From: Marsupella aquatica
Lineage: Eukaryota; Plantae; Marchantiophyta
Assembly (NCBI GenBank): GCA_973895155.1
Contig: OZ316891.1
Coordinates: 24,737,899-24,801,898, forward strand
DNA: 64,000 nucleotides
Direction of reading: 5' to 3'
Part shown: piece after piece, positions 8,680 to 20,090 of the stretch
Layout of the letters: every line of letters starts with the position of its first letter
Numbering within the stretch: the first letter of the stretch is position 1
Made by a program: the position numbers and the translations under genes
Notes under the pieces: generated by a model
The model's database searches: none
Seen by the model: the letters and a program-made list of their open reading frames with translations, nothing else
What the model was told of the DNA's origin: nothing

Positions 8680-11600
8680 ATACCAAGGGATCGGCATACA
8701 AGCCGATTACGAGGGCAGAACAAATTGAGGCCCTATTAGAAGCCGAGAAAGCACAGCGGCCTAACTCTCAGGAGCAAGAGGTGGATGAGATGGACAGACA
8801 CGATCCAGAGCCAAGGCAGGAAGGGGAGCCGACCACTAATTCAAAACCGAATAGACCGGTAAGGGGACAATCTATGGACACCAAGGAAGGGACCGACTCG
8901 GCTAGTCCAGCCGAGATCCCAGTTTATGGAGGTATGAGATTAGAGAGACTGGAAGCCGAACTGGACCCGAATTTGAAGAAGCAGATTAATATGATCCAAG
9001 CACGGCAATATCGGAAGCTCGACTTAGGAGAGGGAAGAGAACTGAACTTAGGGAGAAACCTAGCACCTGAGCTCGAGAAAGAGATCAGTGACTTATTGAT
9101 TGAATTTCAGGATGTGTTTGCATGGACTCACCAAGATCTAAAGGGCGTAGATCCAACACTAGGGGAACATCGAATTGATCTCATGTTAGGAGCCAAATCA
9201 TTTCGACAACCAATTCGAAGGATGAACCCGAAGTATTCCCTGCTGGTCAAAACAGAAATCGACAAACTAGTGGAAGCTGGATTCATCACTCCAGTCCTGC
9301 ATTCAGACTGGGTGTCTCCAATTGTGATAGTTCCCAAGAAAGCTGGACCCGATGGTAAACCCAAGATCCGGGTTTGTCAGGATTACAGGAAGCTGAATGA
9401 AGCAACATTAAAAGACCATTTTCCTTTACCGTTTACTGATATGGTACTAGACATGGTAGCCAGTCATGAACTATATTCATTCATGGATGGATACTCTGGT
9501 TATAACCAAATCAGGATTCGGCAGGAAGACCAAATCAAGACGGCCTTCATCACGAAATGGGGGATCTATGTCTTCAATCGTATGTCGTTTGGACTCTGCA
9601 ACGCACCAGCTATGTTCCAACGATTAATGGTGAACATTTTTCATGATTACTTGAGAAAGTTCATGGAAATCTTCATTGATGACTTTGCAGTATTCGGGAA
9701 GGCATCCAAACATGCTAAATACCTCAGGAAAACCTTCATGAGATGTAGGGAGGTGGGTCTCAAGTTACACCCAGATAAATGTTTTTTTGCAGTAACCGAG
9801 GGGGTGCTACTAGGTCACAAGGTATCAAGGAAGGGCATTGAGATTGACAAAGGTAAGCTAGCAGTATGGCTAGATATCATGCAACCTAAGAACATAAAGG
9901 ATGTAAGATCCTTCTTGGGATGCATTGGTTACTATCGCCGGTTCATCAAGGATTTTGCCAAGCTAGCTTTACCATTAACCAATATGCTCAAGGCAGGAGC
10001 AGACTTCGAACCCACACCCGAACGAGTCACAGCGGTGGTAGAATTGAAGCAGATGTTAGTAGAGGCCCCAGTCATGATAGCACCGGACTGGAACAAAGAT
10101 TTTCATGTTTTTGTAGATGTCTCGGGCTTCTGTATTGGCTCAGTACTAAGTCAGTTGGATGAGAAAGGAAGGGACCATCCCATATACTTCGCAAGCCGTC
10201 AGCTTGCCGATGCCGAACGGAACTACTCTACCACGGAAAGAGAAGCATTAGGAGTCATTTATTCTTGTAAAAAGTTTAGGCATTATTTACTAGGGTACAA
10301 GGTAATCTTTCATACTGATCATGAAAGTTTGAAGTACCTAGTCAATAAGCCGGACCTTACAGGCAGAGTAGCAAGATGGATTTTGCTATTACAGGAGTTT
10401 GACTATGAGCTGAGGATCAAGCCAGGAAAGTTACATGCCAATGCCGACTTCTTTTCAAGGATCACAGGTAAACCTGCCACGGATTGCATCGATGATCGAT
10501 TCCCCGACGAGGAGCTATTCATTGTGGAAATAGCTGGTACATGGTACCCTGAGATTTTACAATTTCTCAGCACTTCCAGATTACAGCCAGGATTAAGCCG
10601 AGAGCAAGCCGCAGTCTTTGTGCGGAAGGTCAGACAGTATCAGTGCATTAAAGGCATACTGCACAAGCATGGAATCAACGGCACGATTCAAAGGTGTTTG
10701 GAGAAGAGAGAGGTAAAACGAGTCCTACGGGCCATGCATGGAGAGGAGGCTGGAGGACATTTTGCCCCAGTAACCACGTCTAAGAAGATATTAAATGCCG
10801 GTTACTGGTGGCCCACCTTGCACAAAGATGTCTATCAGTTTATCAAACAATGCGATCCTTGTCAACGAGCGGGAGGACCAAGGGCGTCCACCAGGCATCC
10901 ACTGCACCCTATTCTACCTCTGGCACCATTCGAGAAGTGGGGTATTGATTACATTGGACCTCTGAAACCACTGACCCACCCTCGACGGAACAAGTACATA
11001 ATCCTGGCTACGGATTATGCAACTAAATGGGTAGAGGCCAGACCAACAACGAAGGATGATGCAATTACTACGGCTAGATTCATGTATGAGCAGATCTTCA
11101 CCAGGTATGGAGCACCCCTAGAATTAGTTAGTGATAGAGGAACCCATTTTTTGAATGATATAATTAGTCGTTTAAATGAGCAGTATTTAGTTAAACATAG
11201 GCCTACTACTCCCTACCATCCAAAGGCAAACGGGTTGACAGAACGAGCAAACGGAATCATAGGAAAGATATTGAACAAGACAGTAGCTCAGAACAAACTC
11301 GATTGGGATGATAAATTGTTTGCTGCTGTTTTTGCTTACAATCTGGCCTATAAATCCACTACCGGTCATACACCCTTCTTCTTAACCTTTGGACAAGAAG
11401 CCCTGGTACCCATGCAACTTGAGATACCGACATTTCAAGTTACAATTGAGGAAAGAGCCTCAGCGGAGGAGAGCCTAAAGGAGCGAGAATATAGGTTAGA
11501 AGCTTTAGAGGAAGCGAGAATGATTTCAGCCGAGAGAGTAGAATATAGACAGAATATCATGAAGCAGCAGTATGATAAAAGGTTAAAAGTAGTTAGTATT

Positions 11601-11852
11601 CATACCGATGATCTTGTGCTACTTTATGACAGTAGGTATAGTAGGTTTCCAGGAAAGCTTTACACTCGCTGGTTAGGACCCTTTAGAGTAACCATGATGT
11701 TCCCCAATGGCTCCGTGCAATTGGCCAACATTACGGGAGAGGTATATCCAGTTCGCATCCATTATGACCGCCTCAAGAAATACTATATGGACGAAGATGA
11801 AGTTGTTCGCGAGGACGCTTCACAATTAAGTGGGGAGCTATGTGATGCCTAG
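8586..11852 (+). CDS. pol: Pol (RT-RNase H-integrase), -1 frame relative to gag-PR; intact
   Basis: RT CQDYRKLN, MDGYSGYNQI, FIDDF; RNase H DVSG...EREALG...TDH; integrase HHCC, WGIDYIGP, SDRGTHF, GLTERAN; no chromodomain or extra RNase H seen; stop lies 12 nt inside the 3' LTR. Confidence 0.95.
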   Translation: MGSSSRDSGFSAGVVAEPTGSTTPSIIGKELNTKGSAYKPITRAEQIEALLEAEKAQRPNSQEQEVDEMDRHDPEPRQEGEPTTNSKPNRPVRGQSMDTKEGTDSASPAEIPVYGGMRLERLEAELDPNLKKQINMIQARQYRKLDLGEGRELNLGRNLAPELEKEISDLLIEFQDVFAWTHQDLKGVDPTLGEHRIDLMLGAKSFRQPIRRMNPKYSLLVKTEIDKLVEAGFITPVLHSDWVSPIVIVPKKAGPDGKPKIRVCQDYRKLNEATLKDHFPLPFTDMVLDMVASHELYSFMDGYSGYNQIRIRQEDQIKTAFITKWGIYVFNRMSFGLCNAPAMFQRLMVNIFHDYLRKFMEIFIDDFAVFGKASKHAKYLRKTFMRCREVGLKLHPDKCFFAVTEGVLLGHKVSRKGIEIDKGKLAVWLDIMQPKNIKDVRSFLGCIGYYRRFIKDFAKLALPLTNMLKAGADFEPTPERVTAVVELKQMLVEAPVMIAPDWNKDFHVFVDVSGFCIGSVLSQLDEKGRDHPIYFASRQLADAERNYSTTEREALGVIYSCKKFRHYLLGYKVIFHTDHESLKYLVNKPDLTGRVARWILLLQEFDYELRIKPGKLHANADFFSRITGKPATDCIDDRFPDEELFIVEIAGTWYPEILQFLSTSRLQPGLSREQAAVFVRKVRQYQCIKGILHKHGINGTIQRCLEKREVKRVLRAMHGEEAGGHFAPVTTSKKILNAGYWWPTLHKDVYQFIKQCDPCQRAGGPRASTRHPLHPILPLAPFEKWGIDYIGPLKPLTHPRRNKYIILATDYATKWVEARPTTKDDAITTARFMYEQIFTRYGAPLELVSDRGTHFLNDIISRLNEQYLVKHRPTTPYHPKANGLTERANGIIGKILNKTVAQNKLDWDDKLFAAVFAYNLAYKSTTGHTPFFLTFGQEALVPMQLEIPTFQVTIEERASAEESLKEREYRLEALEEARMISAERVEYRQNIMKQQYDKRLKVVSIHTDDLVLLYDSRYSRFPGKLYTRWLGPFRVTMMFPNGSVQLANITGEVYPVRIHYDRLKKYYMDEDEVVREDASQLSGELCDA
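8610..8669 (+). other. Predicted -1 ribosomal frameshift signal: G GAT TTT plus stem-loop/pseudoknot
   Basis: Heptamer 8610-8616 phased correctly in the gag frame within the overlap; GGCGTTGTGG (8622-8631) pairs with CCACAACGCC (8647-8656); loop GCCGA pairs with TCGGC (8665-8669). Confidence 0.75.
11826..11840 (+). other. Polypurine tract of element A
   Basis: TTAAGTGGGGAGCTA immediately before the TG of the 3' LTR. Confidence 0.85.
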
Positions 11853-14800
11853 ACAGGAATCACTCGGCCGGTTAAGTGGGTAAAGCAGGAAGGCACCCTA
11901 GGAACACCTTAGTATAGTGACAAAACAAGGAAAATATAAACAATTAGGGGCAACCATGGAACCCGGGCAGAGGCCGGAGGTAAGGCTGAGGGTGAAAACC
12001 CGATTAGGGTTAGGGCGCGTTAAGCGTCGGCGGCTAGGAAGGATCAACGGGAAGAAGGACCGGCAGAGGAGAGGGGTAAGGAGCGCTTGCAGGAGATGGT
12101 GGCTCATTTGCGAGCACGAACTAGGCAGACGACTACGGGAGGCCAACTACTGTCAGCTGCTTAGGCAAGCACTCGGGGAGAGAGTAGATACCGACGATCA
12201 ACCTAAGGAGGGTATGAGCAACGTCAATCAAGCGGCACATTTCTGGGGATGCCTGTTCGAACGGGCAACTGAGTACATCAAGACTTACGAGGACGAGGAG
12301 TCAGAAAGGGCAGCTCGAGAACGGCAGGAGCTCGCTCGATTGTGGGAGCTGCAGAAGACGGCTTTCTTAGGAGGCGAACTCATCAAGGACGAGTTCCTGT
12401 GGACGCCTACTTCCAATCAACTCGACGATCTTCTGTTTTGCAAAGACAGCGTCGTCGGCATCCGAGAGGCCATCAAGAACTGCAACGACATACACTGGGA
12501 ATTAAAGGGTAGCACGGAAAGGTGGACCCAGGCAACGGTGCTAGGAGAAACCTCCACGGCAGCAGAGATGAAGAGGAAGGGAGCCGTCAACGATGAAGCC
12601 ACCCCGGCAAAAAGAACGAGGTCGGCGGCACCAAAGAAGCCAGCCGAGCAGCAGAGCAGGAGGCAGGGAGAAGCCGAAGAGGAGGAGGTCGATCCCATCA
12701 AGGCCATTCCAACCAGGGATGACACCTGGAAGGGCTGGGCGGCAACCCTACCGGTGGAGGTGCAACTACATTTTGCACGGGAGGAGGATGCATGCTTTAC
12801 GGCCATGCAGACCAAGAAGTACCAAGGCTTCATGGCCGGATCCGGCTTGGAGGCCTTTGTAAGATTACCATGGCTGAAGCCGGAGGTACCGGAGTCAGAC
12901 CTATTAGAATTTGTGGGGTCATGGGAACCCGAGACCAATTGCACGAGGATATATGGGAAGGATTTCTATCTTACTCCCAAGGTGATTGCCGAAGTGTTTG
13001 GCTTGCCGATGGGCAATAAGACCAAAGTTGATACCAGGAAGACCTTGCCTGACAAGGAGTTCCGGTCGTTCCCCGGGCCATCAACGAAGAATGGCTTCTT
13101 CCGGAACACCTGCACCAACCCGCACATAGGAGAGATGATCAACTTCTTGCGGGTGACCATGCATTGTAACTTGCCGAGGGCAGAGATCGGCAAGGCACAG
13201 GTCTATCTGGCAGAAAGGCCAGACCCAAGCCGGGACTACAACGGGTACCTCCTCAACCAATTGAAGAAGATCTTAAAGGAGGAGCAGCAGGTAATCGGCA
13301 TGGGGAGCGTGTCGCGGCTTGGCTATCACATGCCGCTGTTGTGCCGGTATGCCAGAGGTCAGACTTTTGCCCCGGTACTTCCCCTGCAGGTAAGGGCACC
13401 CGAGGAAGCTCCAACGCCGAGGCCGTTGGCTGAGAAGCCTCAACCACCTGTTAGTCCTACGATCGAGCAGGTGTTTAGGCCCAGGAAGGAAGACTTGCCG
13501 ATGCAGCAACCAGGCATGCAGAGTCTGCTGAAACTACTGGAGAAAGAAAAGAAATCGGCATCGGCAACGACAACGGCAACGGCAACAATGCAGGACACTA
13601 CTACAGAGGTAGGCCTACACCGGCTCACAAGAGAAAACCCCTTTGCTGGAGACAAGGAGAGAATCAGGCCGGAATCCAAGCCAGGTGTTCGAATGTACGT
13701 GGGAACCTCAAGCTCTGAATCTGAGGCAGAATTGCCTGAAGCTCCTACCGAGGAAGAGGAGAGGGAGAAGCCGGAAATCCAAGAGGTAGAGGAGGCAGTG
13801 GAGGACTGCAGCCATGATAATTCCGGCTATGGGTCGGACCATCACGTTCCAGGAGTAAGGACCTGTGGCCGGTTTGTCCCCACACTTCCAAGGGTAGTGC
13901 GAGGGGACCCCAACCAGCAGAGTAGCCCTGAGTCTCCCCCACCAGATGTTGCTCCCCCGAGCTTCGACGGCATAAAACAGACGGTGCAGGAATTTCAGGA
14001 GCGAATCAAGCAGGAGGAAGAGGCCGCCCTGGCTAAGGAAAAGGATTTACCAGGAGGAGATTGGCCGGAGGACATCAGGCGGCTAGCCGAAAAAGGAAGC
14101 AAACCTCTAGCCACGATTGAAGAGATCCGCAGGACGGCTTGGGAGCAGAGGCCACGATGGGCGATGCCGATCACTTCTACTTACTCCACCTACGCTAAGA
14201 ATAGAGCCATGGAGTATGGTGAGATGTGTGGGGAACTTGCGCTCGGCATCTTTGGAGAGGAGTTGGAGGTAGGACCCTTTTTCCATAGGGAGCAGTTGGA
14301 GAAGCACCAATTAGAAGAAGCGGTGGCTTTAGAGAGAAGCAAGAAGGACGAGGTCATTCGGCGGCTTAGGAGGATGGGAGCCGAGATTGAAGATCTAAGG
14401 GCGGCCAAGAAAGCCCAAGATGAACTGCGGATTAAACGACATGAGCTGAACATCATGCAGGGGCAGTTGGACGCCGCGCAGGCTGATAATCAGAATATCA
14501 AGGATAAACTGACTCAGACGCAGGAAGAGTTGGCCGACACGATCAAAGAAAGGGAAAAGTGGAAGCAAGAGCTGAAGAATACAGAGGAGGCCCACATAAC
14601 AGCCAACAGCCGGGCCATGGCGGAGACCCAAAGAAAGGAATGGGCGTTGAAAGGGGAGCTCGAGAAAATCCGCGGAGCCCTTGAGCAGAAGGAAGTCGAG
14701 TTAGGGAAATCCTATCAAGGGATTATGGCGCTGCAGCAGGAGCTTGCGTCCCTGACGGCCAGCTTCAAGGCCGACCTAAGGGAGAAGGACGAGATGCTCG

Positions 14801-16490
14801 AACAGACTTACGCCAAGATGAACCAGATGGAGTCTGTCATCATTGCAGAGCTCGACAAGGAGCTAAGAGCAACCCAGGAGGAGAAGGCTACCTTGAAGAA
14901 GGAATTGGAGGAAGCCCACAGGGAGCAGGAGGAGGCCAAAAACGAGCTGGAGGGGGCACGTAAGGACCTGGATGAAACCCAAGAGGAGTTGGAGGAAATC
15001 ACGAGGAAGATGGAGAACCTACAGCGGCGGGCCGACAACCAAACAGAGCGGCTGAAGAAACAAGCCGCAGTATTTAAATGCTTAGCTGCAGCAGGTCCAT
15101 CTCCCGTTGGGACAAACCAGAAACCGTTGGGGTGGTAATTGCCGAAGGACAAGCCGCCCCACCTGCACCAGTGCCGGAGGTAAGTGGGAAGGGGAAGGGA
15201 CCAGCTGCCGAGCCACCAACGAAGAAGAAGCGGAAACCTTCAGGGTCAAGGAGTAATACGACTTCACAGGCCATGGTGATCAAGGAGGTAGACCCAGCAC
15301 CGACCCCAGACAGGGTCACGGCTAAGGATCCAACTACCCTAGGGGAAGGGGAAGCCGAAGCCGTGGGGTTGGCTGAGGCTGAAGCCGTGGGGGTGGCTGA
15401 AGCCGAAGCCGTGGGAGTTGTCGAGGCTGAAGCCGAAGGTGGACCCAGTCAGGCCGATGGAGAGTTGACTCGGTCAAGGGCAGGTAATCTGTCAGTAGGC
15501 GGGCCAACGGCAGTGGCTGAGGAGGAAGTGTTGGGGGCGTCCAATGAGGATCCACCACCGGTGTCGTGACGGTGCAAGGGCGCCGTTCCTTTTAGGGAGG
15601 GCGGACGTGGAGGGAGGAGGCGTGAGTGGGCAGGGCGGGCATGGATCTCCACGTTTAGGATTAGGATCAGAACCAGGAGCGGCCCTGACACTTAGCTTAG
15701 TGGGATTGCGGTCCCACTGGTAGGAGCAACACTTGTGCTCCTGCCTTGCTGTACATAGGTAGATTCGGGCAAGTAGATTACTGTTAAGTAGATTAGGCTT
15801 ACGATGCAAAGAATGGCGGATCCACTACCAGGATAAGTACCTGGGCAGCGGGGAGCTCAGGGCCTCTTCTTTAGCAAGTTTTTAGTTTGCACCAGCCGGG
15901 CTGGGATCAAGTAGTACGAGAAGCTCTCGGTTAGTCATACAATGACCCTTGTGTATATTCATGTTTCCTCATGCCTAAGAGCTGAATAGAGTTGGCCTCA
16001 CGGCTTAGTTCGCAGAACTTGTGTATGAGATGTACTGTTTGTATGGCAAGTGCATGGTATGACTCAGTCAGAATGAGTCATTTTGCTATTTGTGTGTCGC
16101 ATTAACTTGTGTGAAGAGTGCCCACATCAACAGAAGGAAGGAAAGTAAGCAGGGGAGTGAGAGTTGGATGTGTCGAGCTGAGAGAGGTCTTAGCGGCTTA
16201 ACCAAGCCTATTGGGGATCATTCCGGCGGCGGAATCCAAACATACCTAACAAGACGGAGGGGGAGACAGGGGAAGACAGGGGAAGGCCTATATTAGGCCG
16301 GCTACGTATCTCATGACCCGATGAAGGATCTGTCCAGTATATGTGTGTAAAATGTTAATAGTAGTAGTAGAAGGTTAGCAGCGTCCCATGCCGCTAAGTC
16401 GCGGAAACGGCCTCGCCAAGCATGAAACCTGCGGGAATCGGCTTGAGCTGGGGGGTTTCTTGGGTTTAGGGAGCCATGGGACGCACCACA
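11841..16490 (+). repeat. Element A second LTR (LTR-A2, 4650 bp)
   Basis: Full copy of 993-5616, TGTGATGCC...GCACCACA. Confidence 0.97.
11917..15569 (+). pseudogene. LTR-encoded ORF, LTR-A2 copy, frameshifted near 15121 (1073 aa plus a C-terminal fragment)
   Basis: ACCAGAAACCGTTGGGG here versus ACCAGTTACCAGGGG in the other copies (+2 nt). Confidence 0.85.
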
Positions 16491-19400
16491 GTAAGGCTGA
16501 GGGTGAAAACCCGATTAGGGTTAGGGCGCGTTAAGCGTCGGCGGCTAGGAAGGATCAACGGGAAGAAGGACCGGCAGAGGAGAGGGGTAAGGAGCGCTTG
16601 CAGGAGATGGTGGCTCATTTGCGAGCACGAACTAGGCAGACGACTACGGGAGGCCAACTACTGTCAGCTGCTTAGGCAAGCACTCGGGGAGAGAATTGAT
16701 ACCGACGATCGACCTAAGGAGGGTATGAGCAACGTCAATCAAGCGGCACATTTCTGGGGATGCCTGTTCGAACGGGCAACTGAGTACATCAAGACTTACG
16801 AGGACGAGGAGTCAGAAAGGGCAGCTCGAGAACGGCAGGAGCTCGCTCGATTGTGGGAGCTGCAGAAGACGGCTTTCTTAGGAGGTGAACTCATCAAGGA
16901 CGAGTTCCTGTGGACGCCTACTTCCAATCAACTCGACGATCTTCTGTTTTGCAAAGACAGCGTCGTCGGCATCCGAGAGGCCATCAAGAACTGCAACGAC
17001 ATACACTGGGAATTAAAGGGTAGCACGGAAAGGTGGACCCGGGCAACGGTGCTAGGAGAAACCTCCACGGCAGCAGAGATGAAGAGGAAGGGAGCCGTCA
17101 ACGATGAAGCCACCCCGGCAAAAAGAACGAGGTCGGCGGCACCAAAGAAGCCAGCCGAGCAGCAGAGCAGGAGGCAGGGAGAAGCCGAAGAGGAGGAGGT
17201 CAATCCCATCAAGGCCATTCCAACCAGGGATGACACCTGGAAGGGCTGGGCGGCAACCCTACCGGTGGAGGTGCAACTACATTTTGCACGGGAGGAGGAT
17301 GCATGCTTTACGGCCATGCAGACCAAGAAGTACCAAGGCTTCATGGCCGGATCCGGCTTGGAGGCCTTTGTAAGATTACCATGGCTGAAGCCGGAGGTAC
17401 CGGAGTCAGACCTATTAGAATTCGTGGGGTCATGGGAACCCGAGACCAATTGCACGAGGATATATGGGAAGGATTTCTATCTTACTCCCAAGGTAATTGC
17501 CGAAGTGTTTGGCCTGCCGATAGGCAATAAGACCAAAGTTGATACCAGGAAGACCTTGCCTGACAAGGAGTTCCGGTCGTTCCCCGGGCCATCAACGAAG
17601 AATGGCTTCTTCCGGAACACCTGCACCAACCCGCACATAGGAGAGATGATCGACTTCTTGCGGGTGACCATGCATTGTAACTTGCCGAGGGCAGAGATCG
17701 GCAAGGCACAGGTCTATCTGGCAGAAAGGCCAGACCCAAGCCGGGACTACAACGGGTACCTCCTCAACCAATTGAAGAAGATCTTAAAGGAGGAGCAACA
17801 GGTAATCGGCATGGGGAGCGTGTCGCGGCTTGGCTATCACATGCCGCTGTTGTGCCGGTATGCCAGAGGTCAGACTTTTGCCCCGGTACTTCCCCTGCAG
17901 GTAAGGGCACCCGAGGAAGCTCCAACGCCGAGGCCGTTGGCTGAGAAGCCTCAACCACCTGTTAGTCCTACGATCGAGCAGGTGTTTAGGCCCAGGAAGG
18001 AGGACTTGCCGATGCAGCAACCAGGCATGCAGAGTCTGCTGAAACTACTGGAGAAAGAAAAGAAATCGGCATCGGCAACAACAACGGCAACGGCAACAAT
18101 GCAGGACACTACTACAGAGGTAGGCCTACACCGGCTCACAAGAGAAAACCCCTTTGCTGGAAACAAGGAGAGAATCAGGCCGGAATCCAAGCCAGGTGTT
18201 CGAATGTACGTGGGAACCTCAAGCTCCGAATCTGAGGCAGAATTGCCTGAAGCTCCTACCGAGGAAGAGGAGAGGGAGAAGCCGGACGTCCAAGAGGTAG
18301 AGGAGGCAGTGGAGGACTGCAGCCATGATAATTCCGGCTATGGGTCGGACCATCACGTTCCAGGAGTAAGGACCTGTGGCCGGTTTGTCCCCACACTTCC
18401 AAGGGTAGTGCGAGGGGACCCCAACCAGCAGAGTAGCCCTGAGTCTCCCCCACCAGATGTTGCTCCCCCGAGCTTCGACAGCATAAAACAGACGGTGCAG
18501 GAATTTCAGGAGCGAATCAAGCAGGAGGAAGAGGCCGCCCTGGCTAAGGAAAAGGATTTACCAGGAGGAGATTGGCCGGAGGACATCAGGCGGCTAGCCA
18601 AAAAAGGAAGCAAACCTCTAGCCACGATTGAAGAGATCCGCAGGACGGCTTGGGAGCAGAGGCCACGATGGGCGATGCCGATCACTTCTACTTACTCCAC
18701 CTACGCTAAGAATAGAGCCATGGAGTATGGTGAGATGTGTGGGGAACTTGCGCTCGGCATCTTTGGAGAGGAGTTGGAGGTAGGACCCTTTTTCCATAGG
18801 GAGCAGTTGGAGAAGCACCAATTAGAAGAAGCGGTGGCTTTAGAGAGAAGCAAGAAGGACGAGGTCATTCGGCGGCTTAGGAGGATGGAAGCCGAGATTG
18901 AAGATCTAAGGGCGGCCAAGAAAGCCCAAGATGAACTGCGGATTAAACGACATGAGCTGAACATCATGCAGGGGCAGCTGGACACCGCGCAGGCTGATAA
19001 TCAGAATATCAAGGATAAACTGACTCAGACGCAGGAAGAATTGGCCGACACGATCAAAGAGAGGGAGAAGTGGAAGCAAGAGCTGAAGAATACAGAGGAG
19101 GCCCACATAACAGCCAACAGCCGGGCCATGGCGGAGACCCAAAGAAAGGAATGGGCGTTGAAAGGGGAGCTCGAGAAAATCCGCGGAGCCCTTGAGCAGA
19201 AGGAGGTCGAGTTAGGGAAATCCTATCAAGGGATTATGGCGCTGCAGCAGGAGCTTGCGTCCCTGACGGCCAGCTTCAAGGCCGACCTAAGGGAGAAGGA
19301 CGAGATGCTCGAACAGACTTACGCCAAGATGAACCAGATGGAGTCTGTCATCATTGCAGAGCTCGACAAGGAGCTAAGAGCAACCCAGGAGGAGAGGGCT

Positions 19401-20090
19401 ACCTTGAAGAAGGAATTGGAGGAAGCCCACAGGGAGCAGGAGGAGGCCAAAAACGAGCTGGAGGGGGCACGTAAGGACCTGGATGAAACCCAAGAGGAGT
19501 TGGAGGAAATCACTAGGAAGATGGAGAACCTACAGCGGCGGGCCGACAACCAAACAGAGCGGCTAAAGAAACAAGCCACAGTATTTAAATGCTTAGCTGC
19601 AACAGGTCCATCTCCCGTTGGGACAAACCAGTTACCAGGGGTGGTAATTGCCGAAGGACAAGCCGCGTCAACTGCACCAGTGCCGGAAGTAAGTGGGAAG
19701 GGGAAGGGACCAGCTGCCGAGCCACCAACGAAGAAGAAGCGGAAACCTTCAGGGTCAAGGAGTAATACGACTTCACAGGCCGTGGTGATCAAGGAGGTAG
19801 ACCCAGCACCGACCCCAGACAGGGTCACGGCTAAGGATCCAACTACCCTAGGGGAAGGGGAGGCCGAAGCCGAGGGAGTGGCTGAAGCCGAAGCCGTGGG
19901 AGTGGCTGAGGCCGAAGCCGTGGGTATTGCCGAGGCCGGTGTCGAGGCTGAAGCCGAAGGTGGACCCAGTCAGGCCGATGGAGAGTTGACTCGGTCAAGG
20001 GCAGGTAATCTGTCAGTAGGCGGGCCAACGGCAGTGGCTGAGGAGGAAGTGTTGGGGGCGTCCATTGAGGATCCACCACCGGTGTCGTGA
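16476..20090 (+). CDS. LTR-encoded accessory protein, LTR-A3 copy (1204 aa, intact frame)
   Basis: Nearly identical to 1069..4695; the first five codons come from the end of LTR-A2. Confidence 0.8.
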   Translation: MGRTTVRLRVKTRLGLGRVKRRRLGRINGKKDRQRRGVRSACRRWWLICEHELGRRLREANYCQLLRQALGERIDTDDRPKEGMSNVNQAAHFWGCLFERATEYIKTYEDEESERAARERQELARLWELQKTAFLGGELIKDEFLWTPTSNQLDDLLFCKDSVVGIREAIKNCNDIHWELKGSTERWTRATVLGETSTAAEMKRKGAVNDEATPAKRTRSAAPKKPAEQQSRRQGEAEEEEVNPIKAIPTRDDTWKGWAATLPVEVQLHFAREEDACFTAMQTKKYQGFMAGSGLEAFVRLPWLKPEVPESDLLEFVGSWEPETNCTRIYGKDFYLTPKVIAEVFGLPIGNKTKVDTRKTLPDKEFRSFPGPSTKNGFFRNTCTNPHIGEMIDFLRVTMHCNLPRAEIGKAQVYLAERPDPSRDYNGYLLNQLKKILKEEQQVIGMGSVSRLGYHMPLLCRYARGQTFAPVLPLQVRAPEEAPTPRPLAEKPQPPVSPTIEQVFRPRKEDLPMQQPGMQSLLKLLEKEKKSASATTTATATMQDTTTEVGLHRLTRENPFAGNKERIRPESKPGVRMYVGTSSSESEAELPEAPTEEEEREKPDVQEVEEAVEDCSHDNSGYGSDHHVPGVRTCGRFVPTLPRVVRGDPNQQSSPESPPPDVAPPSFDSIKQTVQEFQERIKQEEEAALAKEKDLPGGDWPEDIRRLAKKGSKPLATIEEIRRTAWEQRPRWAMPITSTYSTYAKNRAMEYGEMCGELALGIFGEELEVGPFFHREQLEKHQLEEAVALERSKKDEVIRRLRRMEAEIEDLRAAKKAQDELRIKRHELNIMQGQLDTAQADNQNIKDKLTQTQEELADTIKEREKWKQELKNTEEAHITANSRAMAETQRKEWALKGELEKIRGALEQKEVELGKSYQGIMALQQELASLTASFKADLREKDEMLEQTYAKMNQMESVIIAELDKELRATQEERATLKKELEEAHREQEEAKNELEGARKDLDETQEELEEITRKMENLQRRADNQTERLKKQATVFKCLAATGPSPVGTNQLPGVVIAEGQAASTAPVPEVSGKGKGPAAEPPTKKKRKPSGSRSNTTSQAVVIKEVDPAPTPDRVTAKDPTTLGEGEAEAEGVAEAEAVGVAEAEAVGIAEAGVEAEAEGGPSQADGELTRSRAGNLSVGGPTAVAEEEVLGASIEDPPPVS

